A stretch of 64,000 nucleotides of DNA, from NCBI GenBank assembly GCA_964016885.1, contig OZ024758.1:29264001-29328000 (forward strand), written 5' to 3'. The stretch's first letter is position 1; every line of letters starts with the position of its first letter. Positions 12,376-27,389 of the stretch are shown one piece after another. This stretch comes from Eledone cirrhosa (Eukaryota). The position numbers were made by a program, and so were the translations under genes. The notes under the pieces are model-generated. The model saw nothing but the letters and a program-made list of their open reading frames with translations, had not been told where the DNA came from and searched no databases.

Positions 12376-13472
12376 TTTAACTAATGAAGAATTTTGAGGG
12401 ATTTACTAAAATTATTAATTATTTCATTACTAAGATAGTAACTTAACCCTTTAGCATTTAAATCAGCCATATCCGGCCAGAATTCCTTCACCTCTTTCTG
12501 TTCAAACTGATCGTAACCTGCCACTCGTACTTATGTTAAAGTATTATTCTCAAAATAAATAACATCAAAATCTCGTAGATTCAATGTTATGTGAGAGAAT
12601 TATGTAACATAAAGCCTTCCCATGAAAATACAATAGTAAATATAAGGGTATGTAAATGCTAACGGGTTATGTAAGTTTCCTATATAAAATCATGTTGGAA
12701 GATTTTAATTTCATTTGGAAACGTTTAAAATGGGTGGTTTTATTTCATAGAACCAGAGCTGGTTTTGGCTGGGTTGGTAAGAAAAAGGTTAACATATCTA
12801 AAACATGATTTGTGACATACATGTTCTGGACCACTGACCACATGAGTTTAAACCATACCTGTCTGCCAGGGCCGTGGGGCAGCCAGCATGTGGGTCTCAT
12901 AATAGTGAGAGAGATGGAGGCAATAACGGTGGGAGTTTGACTCCTCTGTATTCGAGCCTGGTGTACGTGTGTGTGTGTGTGTACATGTGTGTGTACGTGT
13001 ATCTGTGTGTTTACTTCTATTCATTCAATATGACAGTATCTACACTCCCTATATTCAAATATTTTCATCATCATCATCATCACCGTTTTACGTCCGTTCT
13101 TCCACGCTAGCATGGGTTAGACGGGTTGTCCTGTTGCGGGCAGTGTCCGGTCGGCTGACCATGTTTTGCTCATACGGGAACTGATTCTGGCTTGATTTCT
13201 ACTGCTGGATGCCCTTCCTAACACCAACCTCATTTACAGTGAGTGCTGGATGCTTTTTTGCCGTGGCACCTCCACGACCACTTTGCAGTGGAATGATATG
13301 GACCCCAGTCCCTATCATCTCATTTCTACAGCTGAGTAAACTGGAGCAATGTACATTATATATATATATACATAAAGAGAGGTGAATTGGCAAAGAGCGG
13401 TGAATTTTATTTACCCAAATATGTTATTTGCTATGAAATGAACCATAACATTCCCCATTTTGTGTATCACCA

Positions 13473-13635
13473 TACACACATCATACTTTCATGTACATTG
13501 CAATACACACATCATACTTTCATGTACATTGCAATACACACATCATACTTTCATGTACATTGCAATACACACATCATACTTTCATGTACATTGCAATACA
13601 CACATCATACTTTCATGTACATTGCAATACACACA
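13473..13635. repeat. 31-bp minisatellite, about 5 units
   Basis: TACACACATCATACTTTCATGTACATTGCAA repeated. Confidence 0.9.
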
Positions 13636-15471
13636 TACATGCTTCAATATATACCATTGTGTTGTGCCCCTGGACAGACCACATAACTATGTCTGCCTCA
13701 GTTTACTTGTCTGACAACAATCTGGTTCACCTCTACTTAGCAGTTGTGTAATTAATAGTTGGAAGAGCATCCAGTTATAGAGAAGGAAAATAATTATTTC
13801 TACTTTTGGCATAAGGCCAGCAATTACCCCAGTGCATTACTGGTACTTTATTTTTTCAACCCCCGTAAGGAGGAAAGGCAAAGTTCAAATCCCACCAAGG
13901 TTAATTTTGCCTTTCATCCTTACGGGGTTGATAAAATAAAGTACCAGTAATGCACTGGGTAATTGCTGGCCTTGTGCCAAAAAACAATTGTTAAATAATT
14001 ATAGATGAAGGCATGGCTGTGTGGTTAAGGACTTTGCTTAGCAATCACACAGTTTTGAGCCAGTTTCTTCTGTTATAGCCATGGGATGGGCTGACTAATG
14101 ACTTGTGGCTTTCAGATTGAATTTGGTAGACCTTTATAATGGTTTCTGATTTAGGTACAAGGCTAACAATTTGGGGGAGAGAGGCAAGTCGATTAAATTG
14201 ACCCCCAGTGCATTACTGGTACTTTATTTTATCGACCCCGTAAGGATGAAAGGCAAAGTTAACCTCGGCAGGATTTGAACTCAAAATGTAAAGGGCCATA
14301 TCTCGGTGCTGCAAAGCATGGTGTCTGAGGTTCTACCGATACTGCCAATCCACCACCCTTATAAGAAAAATAATATTGTCAACACTGCTCCTTCATACCT
14401 GTGTGGAAAAAATAAATTTGAAACAACACATAAACATTATTGAGCCTTTTTATTTTAAAAAAAAATTATATTAAAAGCCAAATTTGTAATTTCGATGTAT
14501 GTGTGCTTCACTTGCTGACCTCCTTTATTATTTATTATTTTTGTTGTGTTTTTCTTTTCTCCCTCTCTGCATCATCATCATCATCATCATCATTATTTAA
14601 TGTCTTATTTATTCAGTATCATCAAATGACATCTTACTTCTCTCCCTCTCTCTATTCCTCTCTCTTTCTCCCCCTCTCCCCCCTCTCTATCTCTCTCAGG
14701 GGGCTGCTGAAAACATTAGTCTTTTAGAAGAAGTTATTTGGTTGAGAGTTAATAGGAGAGAGAGAGATAGATATATTGATAGATATATGTTGAGAAGTCA
14801 CCGAAGAAGCAGTCCAAAGAAATATTGCGGCAAATATCATCATTATTTGATATATAATTTATTTACAAAGATGAGAAGTTGAGTTAGCTGTGATGACATG
14901 TCATAAGAAATGAAATAAAACAAATTAAGAAGCGGGAATCTTTCCCTTTCGGCGGAAGTTGAAATACATCTCCCTACGCTGGCAGCGATTGGCTGAACTG
15001 AGCCAAACAACGTACGGAGAATGTATTCAAGAGCCTTCAGAATCTAGGTCACTACAGACTTTTCTTTTACCTTATGGGACACAAATTCCTTCACTTTTGA
15101 ACTGTTTATAGTTCAGAAATTCAAGGACTACTCTGTGTTCTTGGGTGGAATCCATTTTTTTTAACCCTTTAGCATTTAAACCGGCTGTATCCAGCCAGAA
15201 TTCTCTCACCTTTTTCTGTTCAAACTGCCCATAATCGGTTACTCATACTGATTTTAAGGTATTGTTCTCAAAATAAATAATATCAATCTTGTAGATTCGA
15301 TAAATACAATAGTATATATAGAATAATGTAAATGCTAAAGGGTTAAATTAATTAGTTTACCTTTTAGAAATAAGTAGCAGACCACCTGGTGTTTTATCCA
15401 TGAGATAGCTTTATCTCCCATCCACATGCTTCGTTAGGAATGGTTAGGAAGTTTATTTCACACTCATTAGG

Positions 15472-18400
15472 TCCTGGGTTTGACCCCACTACATAGCATC
15501 TTGAGTGTCATATACCATAGCCTGGGTTTGACCCCACTACATAGCATCTTGAGTGTCATATACCATAGCCTGGGTTTGACCCCACTACATAGCATCTTAG
15601 GTGTCATATACCATAGCCTTGGTTTGACCCCACTACATAGCATCTTGAGTGTCATATACCATAGCCTTGGTTTGACCCCACTACATAGCATCTTAGGTGT
15701 CATATACCATAGCCTGGGTTTGACCCCACTACATAGCATCTTGAGTGTCATATACCATAGCTTTGGTTTGGCCCCACTACATAGCATCTTGAGTGTCATA
15801 TACCATAGCCTTGGTTTGACCCCACTACATAGCATCTTGAGTGTCATATACAATAGCTTTGGTTTGACCCCACTACATAGCATCTTGAGTGTCATATACA
15901 ATAGCTTTGGTTTGACCCCACTACATAGCATCTTAGGTGTCATATACAATAGCTTTGGTTTGACCCCACTACATAGCATCTTAGGTGTCATATACCATAG
16001 CTTTGGTTTGACTCCACTACATAGCATCTTAGGTGTCATATACCATAGCTTTGGTTTGACCCCACTACATAGCATCTTGAGTGTCATATACCATAGCCTT
16101 GGTTTGACCCCACTACATAGCATCTTAGGTGTCATATACCATAGACTTGGTTTGACCCCACTACATAGCATCTTAGGTGTCATATACCATAGCCTCGGTT
16201 TGACCCCACTACATAGCATCTTGAGTGTCATATACCATAGACTTGGTTTGACCCCACTACATAGCATCTTGAGTGTCATATACCATAGACTTGGTTTGAC
16301 CCCACTACATAGCATCTTGAGTGTCATATACCATAGCCTTGGTTTGACCCCACTACATAGCATCTTAGGTGTCATATACCATAGCTTTGGTTTGACCCCA
16401 CTACATAGCATCTTGAGTGTCATATACCATAGCCTGGGTTTGACCCCACTACATAGCATCTTGAGTGTCATATACCATAGCCTGGGTTTGACCCCACTAC
16501 ATAGCATCTTAGGTGTCATATACCATAGCCTTGGTTTGACCCTACTACATAGCATCTTAGGTCTCATATACCATAGCTTTGGTTTGACCCCACTACATAG
16601 CATCTTGAGTGTCATATACAATAGCTTTGGTTTGACCCCACTACATAGCATCTTGAGTGTCATATACAATAGCTTTGGTTTGACCCCACTACATAGCATC
16701 TTAGGTGTCATATACAATAGCTTTGGTTTGACCCCACTACATAGCATCTTAGGTGTCATATACCATAGCTTTGGTTTGACCCCACTACATAGCATCTTAG
16801 GTGTCATATACCATAGCTTTGGTTTGACCCCACTACATAGCATCTTGAGTGTCATATACCATAGCCTTGGTTTGACCCCACTACATAGCATCTTAGGTGT
16901 CATATACCATAGCCTTGGTTTGACCCCACTACATAGCATCTTAGGTGTCATATACCATAGCTTTGGTTTGACCCCACTACATAGCATCTTAGGTGTCATA
17001 TACCATAGACTTGGTTTGACCCCACTACATAGCATCTTGAGTGTCATATACCATAGCTTTGGTTTGACCCCACTACATAGCATCTTGAGTGTCATATACC
17101 ATAGCTTTGGTTTGACCCCACTACATAGCATCTTGAGTGTCATATACCATAGCTTTGGTTTGACCCCACTACATAGCATCTTAGGTGTCATATACCATAG
17201 CTTTGGTTTGACCCCACTACATAGCATCTTAGGTGTCATATACCATAGCTTTGGTTTGACCCCACTACATAGCATCTTAGGTGTCATATACCATAGCTTT
17301 GGTTTGACCCCACTACATAGCATCTTAGGTGTCATATACCATAGCTTTGGTTTGACCCCACTACATAGCATCTTAGGTGTCATATACCATAGCCTTGGTT
17401 TGACCCCACTACATAGCATCTTAGGTGTCATATACCATAGCTTTGGTTTGACCCCACTACATAGCATCTTAGGTGTCATATACCATAGCTTTGGTTTGAC
17501 CCCACTACATAGCATCTTAGGTGTCATATACCATAGCTTTGGTTTGACCCCACTACATAGCATCTTAGGTGTCATATACCATAGCCTTGGTTTGACCCCA
17601 CTACATAGCATCTTAGGTGTCATATACCATAGACTTGGTTTGACCCCACTACATAGCATCTTGAGTGTCATATACCATAGCCTTGGTTTGACCCCACTAC
17701 ATAGCATCTTGAGTGTCATATACCATAGCCTTGGTTTGACCCCACTACATAGCATCTTGAGTGTCATATACCATAGCCTTGGTTTGACCCCACTACATAG
17801 CATCTTAGGTATCATATACCATAGCTTTGGTTTGACCCCACTACATAGCATCTTAGGTGTCATATACCATAGCTTTGGTTTGACCCCACTACATAGCATC
17901 TTAGGTGTCATATACCATAGCCTTGGTTTGACCCCACTACATAGCATCTTAGGTGTCATATACCATAGACTTGGTTTGACCCCACTACATAGCATCTTAG
18001 GTGTCATATACCATAGACTTGGTTTGACCCCACTACATAGCATCTTAGGTGTCATATACCATAGCCTTGGTTTGACCCCACTACATAGCATCTTAGGTGT
18101 CATATACCATAGACTTGGTTTGACCCCACTACATAGCATCTTAGGTGTCATATACCATAGCCTTGGTTTGACCCCACTACATAGCATCTTAGGTGTCATA
18201 TACCATAGACTTGGTTTGACCCCACTACATAGCATCTTAGGTGTCATATACCATAGCCTTGGTTTGACCCCACTACATAGCATCTTAGGTGTCATATACC
18301 ATAGACTTGGTTTGACCCCACTACATAGCATCTTAGGTGTCATATACCATAGCCTTGGTTTGACCCCACTACATAGCATCTTAGGTGTCATATACCATAG

Positions 18401-21400
18401 ACTTGGTTTGACCCCACTACATAGCATCTTAGGTGTCATATACCATAGACTTGGTTTGACCCCACTACATAGCATCTTGAGTGTCATATACCATAGCTTT
18501 GGTTTGACCCCACTACATAGCATCTTGAGTGTCATATACCATAGCCTTGGTTTGACCCCACTACATAGCATCTTAGGTGTCATATACCATAGCCTTGGTT
18601 TGACCCCACTACATAGCATCTTAGGTGTCATATACCATAGCTTTGGTTTGACCCCACTACATAGCATCTTAGGTGTCATATACCATAGCCTTGGTTTGAC
18701 CCCACTACATAGCATCTTAGGTGTCATATACCATAGCTTTGGTTTGACCCCACTACATAGCATCTTAGGTGTCATATACCATAGCCTTGGTTTGACCCCA
18801 CTACATAGCATCTTAGGTGTCATATACCATAGCTTTGGTTTGACCCCACTACATAACATCTTAGGTGTCATATACCATAGCCTTGGTTTGACCCCACTAC
18901 ATAGCATCTTAGGTGTCATATACCATAGACTTGGTTTGACCCCACTACATAGCATCCTAGGTGTCATATACCATAGACTTGGTTTGACCCCACTACATAG
19001 CATCTTAGGTGTCATATACCATAGCCTTGGTTTGACCCCACTACATAGCATCTTGAGTGTCATATACCATAGCCTGGGTTTGACCCCACTACATAGCATC
19101 TTGAGTGTCATATACCATAGCCTTGGTTTGACCCCACTACATAGCATCTTGAGTGTCATATACCATAGCCTTGGTTTGACCCCACTACATAGCATCTTGA
19201 GTGTCATATACCATAGACTTGGTTTGACCCCACTACATAGCATCTTAGGTGTCATATACCATAGCCTGGGTTTGACCCCACTACATAGCATCTTGAGTGT
19301 CATATACCATAGCCTGGGTTTGACCCCACTACATAGCATCTTAGGTGTCATATACCATAGCCTTCGTTTGACCCCACTACATAGCATCTTGAGTGTCATA
19401 TACCATAGCCTTGGTTTGACCCCACTACATAGCATCTTGAGTGTCATATACCATAGACTTGGTTTGACCCCACTACATAGCATCTTAGGTGTCATATACC
19501 ATAGCCTGGGTTTGACCCCACTACATAGCATCTTGAGTGTCATATACCATAGCCTGGGTTTGACCCCACTACATAGCATCTTACGTGTCATATACCATAG
19601 CCTTGGTTTGACCCCACTACATAGCATCTTGAGTGTCATATACCATAGCCTTGGTTTGACCCCACTACATAGCATCTTAGGTGTCATATACCATAGCCTG
19701 GGTTTGACCCCACTACATAGCATCTTGAGTGTCATATACCATAGCTTTGGTTTGGCCCCACTACATAGCATCTTGAGTGTCATATACCATAGCCTTGGTT
19801 TGACCCCACTACATAGCATCTTGAGTGTCATATACAATAGCTTTGGTTTGACCCCACTACATAGCATCTTGAGTGTCATATACAATAGCTTTGGTTTGAC
19901 CCCACTACATAGCATCTTAGGTGTCATATACAATAGCTTTGGTTTGACCCCACTACATAGCATCTTAGGTGTCATATACCATAGCTTTGGTTTGACTCCA
20001 CTACATAGCATCTTAGGTGTCATATACCATAGCTTTGGTTTGACCCCACTACATAGCATCTTGAGTGTCATATACCATAGCCTTGGTTTGACCCCACTAC
20101 ATAGCATCTTAGGTGTCATATACCATAGCCTTGGTTTGACCCCACTACATAGCATCTTAGGTGTCATATACCATAGACTTGGTTTGACCCCACTACATAG
20201 CATCTTAGGTGTCATATACCATAGCCTTGGTTTGACCCCACTACATAGCATCTTGAGTGTCATATACCATAGACTTGGTTTGACCCCACTACATAGCATC
20301 TTGAGTGTCATATACCATAGCCTTGGTTTGACCCCACTACATAGCATCTTAGGTGTCATATACCATAGCTTTGGTTTGACCCCACTACATAGCATCTTGA
20401 GTGTCATATACCATAGCCTGGGTTTGACCCCACTACATAGCATCTTGAGTGTCATATACCATAGCCTGGGTTTGACCCCACTACATAGCATCTTAGGTGT
20501 CATATACCATAGCCTTGGTTTGACCCTACTACATAGCATCTTAGGTGTCATATACCATAGCTTTGGTTTGACCCCACTACATAGCATCTTGAGTGTCATA
20601 TACAATAGCTTTGGTTTGACCCCACTACATAGCATCTTGAGTGTCATATACAATAGCTTTGGTTTGACCCCACTACATAGCATCTTAGGTGTCATATACA
20701 ATAGCTTTGGTTTGACCCCACTACATAGCATCTTAGGTGTCATATACCATAGCTTTGGTTTGACCCCACTACATAGCATCTTAGGTGTCATATACCATAG
20801 CTTTGGTTTGACCCCACTACATAGCATCTTGAGTGTCATATACCATAGCCTTGGTTTGACCCCACTACATAGCATCTTAGGTGTCATATACCATAGCCTT
20901 GGTTTGACCCCACTACATAGCATCTTAGGTGTCATATACCATAGACTTGGTTTGACCCCACTACATAGCATCTTAGGTGTCATATACCATAGCTTTGGTT
21001 TGACCCCACTACATAGCATCTTAGGTGTCATATACCATAGACTTGGTTTGACCCCACTACATAGCATCTTAGGTGTCATATACCATAGACTTGGTTTGAC
21101 CCCACTACATAGCATCTTGAGTGTCATATACCATAGCTTTGGTTTGACCCCACTACATAGCATCTTGAGTGTCATATACCATAGCTTTGGTTTGACCCCA
21201 CTACATAGCATCTTGAGTGTCATATACCATAGCTTTGGTTTGACCCCACTACATAGCATCTTAGGTGTCATATACCATAGCTTTGGTTTGACCCCACTAC
21301 ATAGCATCTTAGGTGTCATATACCATAGCTTTGGTTTGACCCCACTACATAGCATCTTAGGTGTCATATACCATAGCCTTGGTTTGACCCCACTACATAG

Positions 21401-24400
21401 CATCTTAGGTGTCATATACCATAGCTTTGGTTTGACCCCACTACATAGCATCTTAGGTGTCATATACCATAGCCTTGGTTTGACCCCACTACATAGCATC
21501 TTAGGTGTCATATACCATAGCTTTGGTTTGACCCCACTACATAGCATCTTAGGTGTCATATACCATAGCTTTGGTTTGACCCCACTACATAGCATCTTAG
21601 GTGTCATATACCATAGCTTTGGTTTGACCCCACTACATAGCATCTTAGGTGTCATATACCATAGCCTTGGTTTGACCCCACTACATAGCATCTTAGGTGT
21701 CATATACCATAGACTTGGTTTGACCCCACTACATAGCATCTTGAGTGTCATATACCATAGCCTTGGTTTGACCCCACTACATAGCATCTTGAGTGTCATA
21801 TACCATAGCCTTGGTTTGACCCCACTACATAGCATCTTGAGTGTCATATACCATAGCCTTGGTTTGACCCCACTACATAGCATCTTAGGTGTCATATACC
21901 ATAGCTTTGGTTTGACCCCACTACATAGCATCTTAGGTGTCATATACCATAGCTTTGGTTTGACCCCACTACATAGCATCTTAGGTGTCATATACCATAG
22001 CCTTGGTTTGACCCCACTACATAGCATCTTAGGTGTCATATACCATAGACTTGGTTTGACCCCACTACATAGCATCTTAGGTGTCATATACCATAGACTT
22101 GGTTTGACCCCACTACATAGCATCTTAGGTGTCATATACCATAGCCTTGGTTTGACCCCACTACATAGCATCTTAGGTGTCATATACCATAGACTTGGTT
22201 TGACCCCACTACATAGCATCTTAGGTGTCATATACCATAGCCTTGGTTTGACCCCACTACATAGCATCTTAGGTGTCATATACCATAGACTTGGTTTGAC
22301 CCCACTACATAGCATCTTAGGTGTCATATACCATAGCCTTGGTTTGACCCCACTACATAGCATCTTAGGTGTCATATACCATAGACTTGGTTTGACCCCA
22401 CTACATAGCATCTTAGGTGTCATATACCATAGCCTTGGTTTGACCCCACTACATAGCATCTTAGGTGTCATATACCATAGACTTGGTTTGACCCCACTAC
22501 ATAGCATCTTGAGTGTCATATACCATAGCTTTGGTTTGACCCCACTACATAGCATCTTGAGTGTCATATACCATAGCCTTGGTTTGACCCCACTACATAG
22601 CATCTTAGGTGTCATATACCATAGCCTTGGTTTGACCCCACTACATAGCATCTTAGGTGTCATATACCATAGCTTTGGTTTGACCCCACTACATAGCATC
22701 TTAGGTGTCATATACCATAGCCTTGGTTTGACCCCACTACATAGCATCTTAGGTGTCATATACCATAGCTTTGGTTTGACCCCACTACATAGCATCTTAG
22801 GTGTCATATACCATAGCCTTGGTTTGACCCCACTACATAGCATCTTAGGTGTCATATACCATAGCTTTGGTTTGACCCCACTACATAACATCTTAGGTGT
22901 CATATACCATAGACTTGGTTTGACCCCACTACATAGCATCTTAGGTGTCATATACCATAGACTTGGTTTGACCCCACTACATAGCATCCTAGGTGTCATA
23001 TACCATAGACTTGGTTTGACCCCACTACATAGCATCTTAGGTGTCATATACCATAGCCTTGGTTTGACCCCACTACATAGCATCTTGAGTGTCATATACC
23101 ATAGCCTGGGTTTGACCCCACTACATAGCATCTTGAGTGTCATATACCATAGCCTTGGTTTGACCCCACTACATAGCATCTTGAGTGTCATATACCATAG
23201 CCTTGGTTTGACCCCACTACATAGCATCTTGAGTGTCATATACCATAGACTTGGTTTGACCCCACTACATAGCATCTTAGGTGTCATATACCATAGCCTG
23301 GGTTTGACCCCACTACATAGCATCTTGAGTGTCATATACCATAGCCTGGGTTTGACCCCACTACATAGCATCTTAGGTGTCATATACCATAGACTTGGTT
23401 TGACCCCACTACATAGCATCTTAGGTGTCATATACCATAGACTTGGTTTGACCCCACTACATAGCATCTTAGGTGTCATATACCATTGCCTTGGTTTGAC
23501 CCCACTACATAGCATCTTAGGTGTCATATACCATAGCCTTGGTTTGACCCCACTACATAGCATCTTAGGTGTCATATACCATAGACTTGGTTTGACCCCA
23601 CTACATAGCATCTTAGGTGTCATATACCATAGCCTTGGTTTGACCCCACTACATAGCATCTTAGGTGTCATATACCATAGACTTGGTTTGACCCCACTAC
23701 ATAGCATCTTAGGTGTCATATACCATAGACTTGGTTTGACCCCACTACATAGCATCTTGAGTGTCATATACCATAGCTTTGGTTTGACCCCACTACATAG
23801 CATCTTGAGTGTCATATACCATAGCCTTGGTTTGACCCCACTACATAGCATCTTAGGTGTCATATACCATAGCTTTGGTTTGACCCCACTACATAGCATC
23901 TTAGGTGTCATATACCATAGCTTTGGTTTGACCCCACTACATAACATCTTAGGTGTCATATACCATAGACTTGGTTTGACCCCACTACATAGCATCCTAG
24001 GTGTCATATACCATAGACTTGGTTTGACCCCACTACATAGCATCTTAGGTGTCATATACCATAGCCTTGGTTTGACCCCACTACATAGCATCTTGAGTGT
24101 CATATACCATAGCCTGGGTTTGACCCCACTACATAGCATCTTGAGTGTCATATACCATAGCCTTGGTTTGACCCCACTACATAGCATCTTGAGTGTCATA
24201 TACCATAGCCTTGGTTTGACCCCACTACATAGCATCTTGAGTGTCATATACCATAGACTTGGTTTGACCCCACTACATAGCATCTTAGGTGTCATATACC
24301 ATAGCCTTGGTTTGACCCCACTACATAGCATCTTAGGTGTCATATACCATAGCCTTGGTTTGACCCCACTACATAGCATCTTGAGTGTCATATACCATAG

Positions 24401-24747
24401 CTTTGGTTTGACCCCACTACATAGCATCTTGAGTGTCATATACCATAGACTTGGTTTGACCCCACTACATAGCATCTTGAGTGTCATATACCATAGACTT
24501 GGTTTGACCCCACTACATAGCATCTTGAGTGTCATATACCATAGACTTGGTTTGACCCCACTACATAGCATCTTAGGTGTCATATACCATAGACTTGGTT
24601 TGACCCCACTACATAGCATCTTAGGTGTCATATACCATAGCTTTGGTTTGACCCCACTACATAGCATCTTGAGTGTCATATACCATAGCTTTGGTTTGAC
24701 CCCACTACATAGCATCTTAGGTGTCATATACCATAGCTTTGGTTTGA
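15472..24747. repeat. 9.3-kb array of a 48-bp unit (about 193 units) expanded inside a SINE
   Basis: Unit GGTTTGACCCCACTACATAGCATCTT(AG/GA)GTGTCATATACCATAGCCTT. The flanks match the unexpanded element at ~42985-43230. Confidence 0.97.
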
Positions 24748-25203
24748 TCTGCTCTGTGAGTGAAACGAGGTAGACAGAAACTGTGTGGAAGCCCATCAGA
24801 TGGACTGTACCTGAAATTTAAAAAGCTCGTCTTGACACTCACTGTGTCATGCTGAATCTCGCTGATAATTATGTTAAGAGTACATGTGTTTGTGGAATGC
24901 TCTGCCACTTTGATGAGCTGGCTGTTCTGTTGACTGAACAACTGGAACACACATTGTTGAAAGCAATGGATATCCCCTTTATTTGATCTATTGACCTCTA
25001 TAAAACCAGATTTAAACATGGGCTCTGTAGTATTTAAACCGGCCGTAGCCAGCCAGAATTCTCTAACCTCTTTCTGTTCAAACAGGCCATATAATCAGCC
25101 ACTCATACTGATGTTAAGGTATTGTTCTCAAAATGAATATTAAAATCTCATAGATTCGATATTATGTGAGATAAAGCCTTTACTGCAGAAATATAATAGT
25201 AAA

Positions 25204-25741
25204 TCTAAACTATAATAAAGGAAGGTCTGCGGGACTGCATACAGTTTTTTTATTTTTTTATCCCGTTAGTAAAATAAGTTGGATTACTTTGAATAAATAA
25301 TGAATGAATATTACATAATTTATCTACTAAATTTCGTAAACAAAAATAATTTCGTAAAAATAAATAATTTAAAATTGACTTCTTGCACTTCCGGTATATC
25401 GTTGCCACCACCACCACCACTTCAACTACCATATATATAGAAAGAGAGAGTGATGTCAACACTTCCGGTGGCGATCACTTAAATAAACATACTATATTTC
25501 TGTCACTAATTTTCTCCTAATGCAGTTTATATATAATATCATCTTTTTTTAATGTATCATGGATTACGTTACTGATTACATAAGACAGTGTAACGCAGTC
25601 TTCGTTCAATTTCTGTGTATATTGTCAATTACGATTTTATTTGATGTATCATATCTACATGTACATATACTTGCATATAATATCAATATACACACTACAC
25701 ATGCTAGCAGAAAACCACCCGAAGGGTGGTTTTTCTGCTAG
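25204..25741 (+). mobile_element. Non-autonomous Helitron inserted into a piggyBac-like MITE
   Basis: A|TC...hairpin...CTAG|T with no TSD. The flanks rejoin to the MITE sequence ATAATAGTAAA|TAGAGAGTAATG. Confidence 0.88.
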
Positions 25742-25860
25742 TAGAGAGTAATGGTCTTAGAGGTGTCTGCACATGTTTAGCACACACATGATAACTGCTT
25801 TTGATAACTATTTTGATAATCTTTTTTAATTTCCACAGAATATTGGATAAATCCTCTTCC

Positions 25861-26060
25861 ATGCTTGGAAATACAACAGATAGTGATGCTGGCTCAATGG
25901 CCAGTCATGTTACAGCACTCCCCCCGGTTCCAGCAAGACTTAGCCAGAGTCTACCTCTAAGAGGATTTGAACCTGAAATAACGAAACAGCTAAATGACGA
26001 ACATTCAAGAGCTGAACAACACAGACAGAATTATGAGCGACTAAAACTACAGCATTCACG
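25861..26060 (+). CDS. CEP83: Centrosomal protein 83 kDa, coding exon 1 (acceptor before 25839, ATG at 25861)
   Basis: EITKQLNDEHSRAEQHRQNYERLKLQHSR resembles the CEP83 N-terminus ([25 protein letters not shown], from memory). GT donor, phase 2. Confidence 0.85.
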
Positions 26061-26986
26061 GTAATTGGAAAGTTCTGTATATTTATTATTACTTCTATTC
26101 TGCACTCCATTATCACGTCTCCTAAATGCATAAATATGGCGGTGAATTGGTAGAGTCATTAGAACGTCAGATTTAGACTTTTAAAATGGTCACCCACATC
26201 AACAGTAGTAAGATTTAGTACTGTATTGAAGACACAGTGAGTTACTAATATATTTTTATCTATTTCACATCTTCTACAAAGCATAATGTATTGCTATTTA
26301 AGCATACAACATTTATTTCATAAGATGATGGTCAATCTTATCTTAGGAAAATTATTCAGTAAAACCTGTATCAGTATTCACAGAATTCCAATGATATCAA
26401 CCTTAATAACCGAGCCAATGAGGCAGTCATTAAAAATAGCAGCCAAATTTCCTTCAAATCACACCTATTGTCCTAAAAAAAAAGAGGAAGGAGACTTTAG
26501 ATAAGGTTATGTTAGATATTTCTAAATAAACGGGTTAGTCATAGCTGAAATACACATGCAATATTGTTTCTGCTGTGACCTTTCTTCCTTTTCTAATGCT
26601 TTGATAACTGATTTATTCTTTTAAATATTCTTCTTGATGCCTACTTGTATACAATATTGCACATCCACCCAGGGATTCTCTTATTAATACTTTGGCAAGT
26701 ATGGTGAAGTCTGTTTTGCTGAGGTGGTCTAATAAAACTGAAACATGTCCAGAGTTGTGTTGCATACTTTCCTGAATTAAAATATTAGTCATTGACTAAT
26801 GTCATTGTTTTTTTCCTCACTATATAATCATTTTTAATTTGCTTTTCAACGTTCACTGTATTAAATGTATGTATGTATTGACCCATAATTCCTGATGATG
26901 TCATAAGGGTGCCATCGTGACATAGGGCATGTCTTCGGCATTTTATACCTGGCAGAGGTCATCCCTCTTCAGATCTGAACCAATTT

Positions 26987-27020
<34 letters not shown>

Positions 27021-27389
27021 CAACCCCAAATAGTACTTTTGAAAGGCAAAGTTGACCATAGTGCAGATAGCCTAAATGAATACCACAACACATTCTAACA
27101 TGAGTACTGTAAGGTAGGCGAGCTTTAGACCAGTCATGTTTTTTGATTGCAGCCATTTTACATGGCTTATTTATTTCTCATGGGAATCATCATCATCATC
27201 TTTACATCAGCTCTTCCATGCTAGTATGGGCTGGAGGGGACTTTTTGAGGCAATATTTACTGCTGGATGTCCTTCTTATGACACGCAGGGATACAGTGTA
27301 CCTATTCTAAACCAAAAACACATGGAATATTGTTGGGTATTTTATTTGTTATATAATGATTCTTTTTCTTATATTTTCAAAATATACAG

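Noticed and set aside
15472-24747. CRISPR-like array
   Set aside because: Head-to-tail tandem units with no unique spacers, no cas genes, and a eukaryotic context.
15467-24796. Two antiparallel ~3100-aa ORFs (WYMTPKMLCSGVKPRL and LTPLHSILGVIYHSLG repeats)
   Set aside because: These follow from a 48-bp unit (divisible by 3) lacking stops in those frames. The unit is SINE-derived, the variants are not biased to synonymous sites, and there is no domain or splice context.
26891-26925. CTGATGA-TGTCA...TGACA hammerhead-like start
   Set aside because: No GAAA follows the stem, so the core is incomplete.
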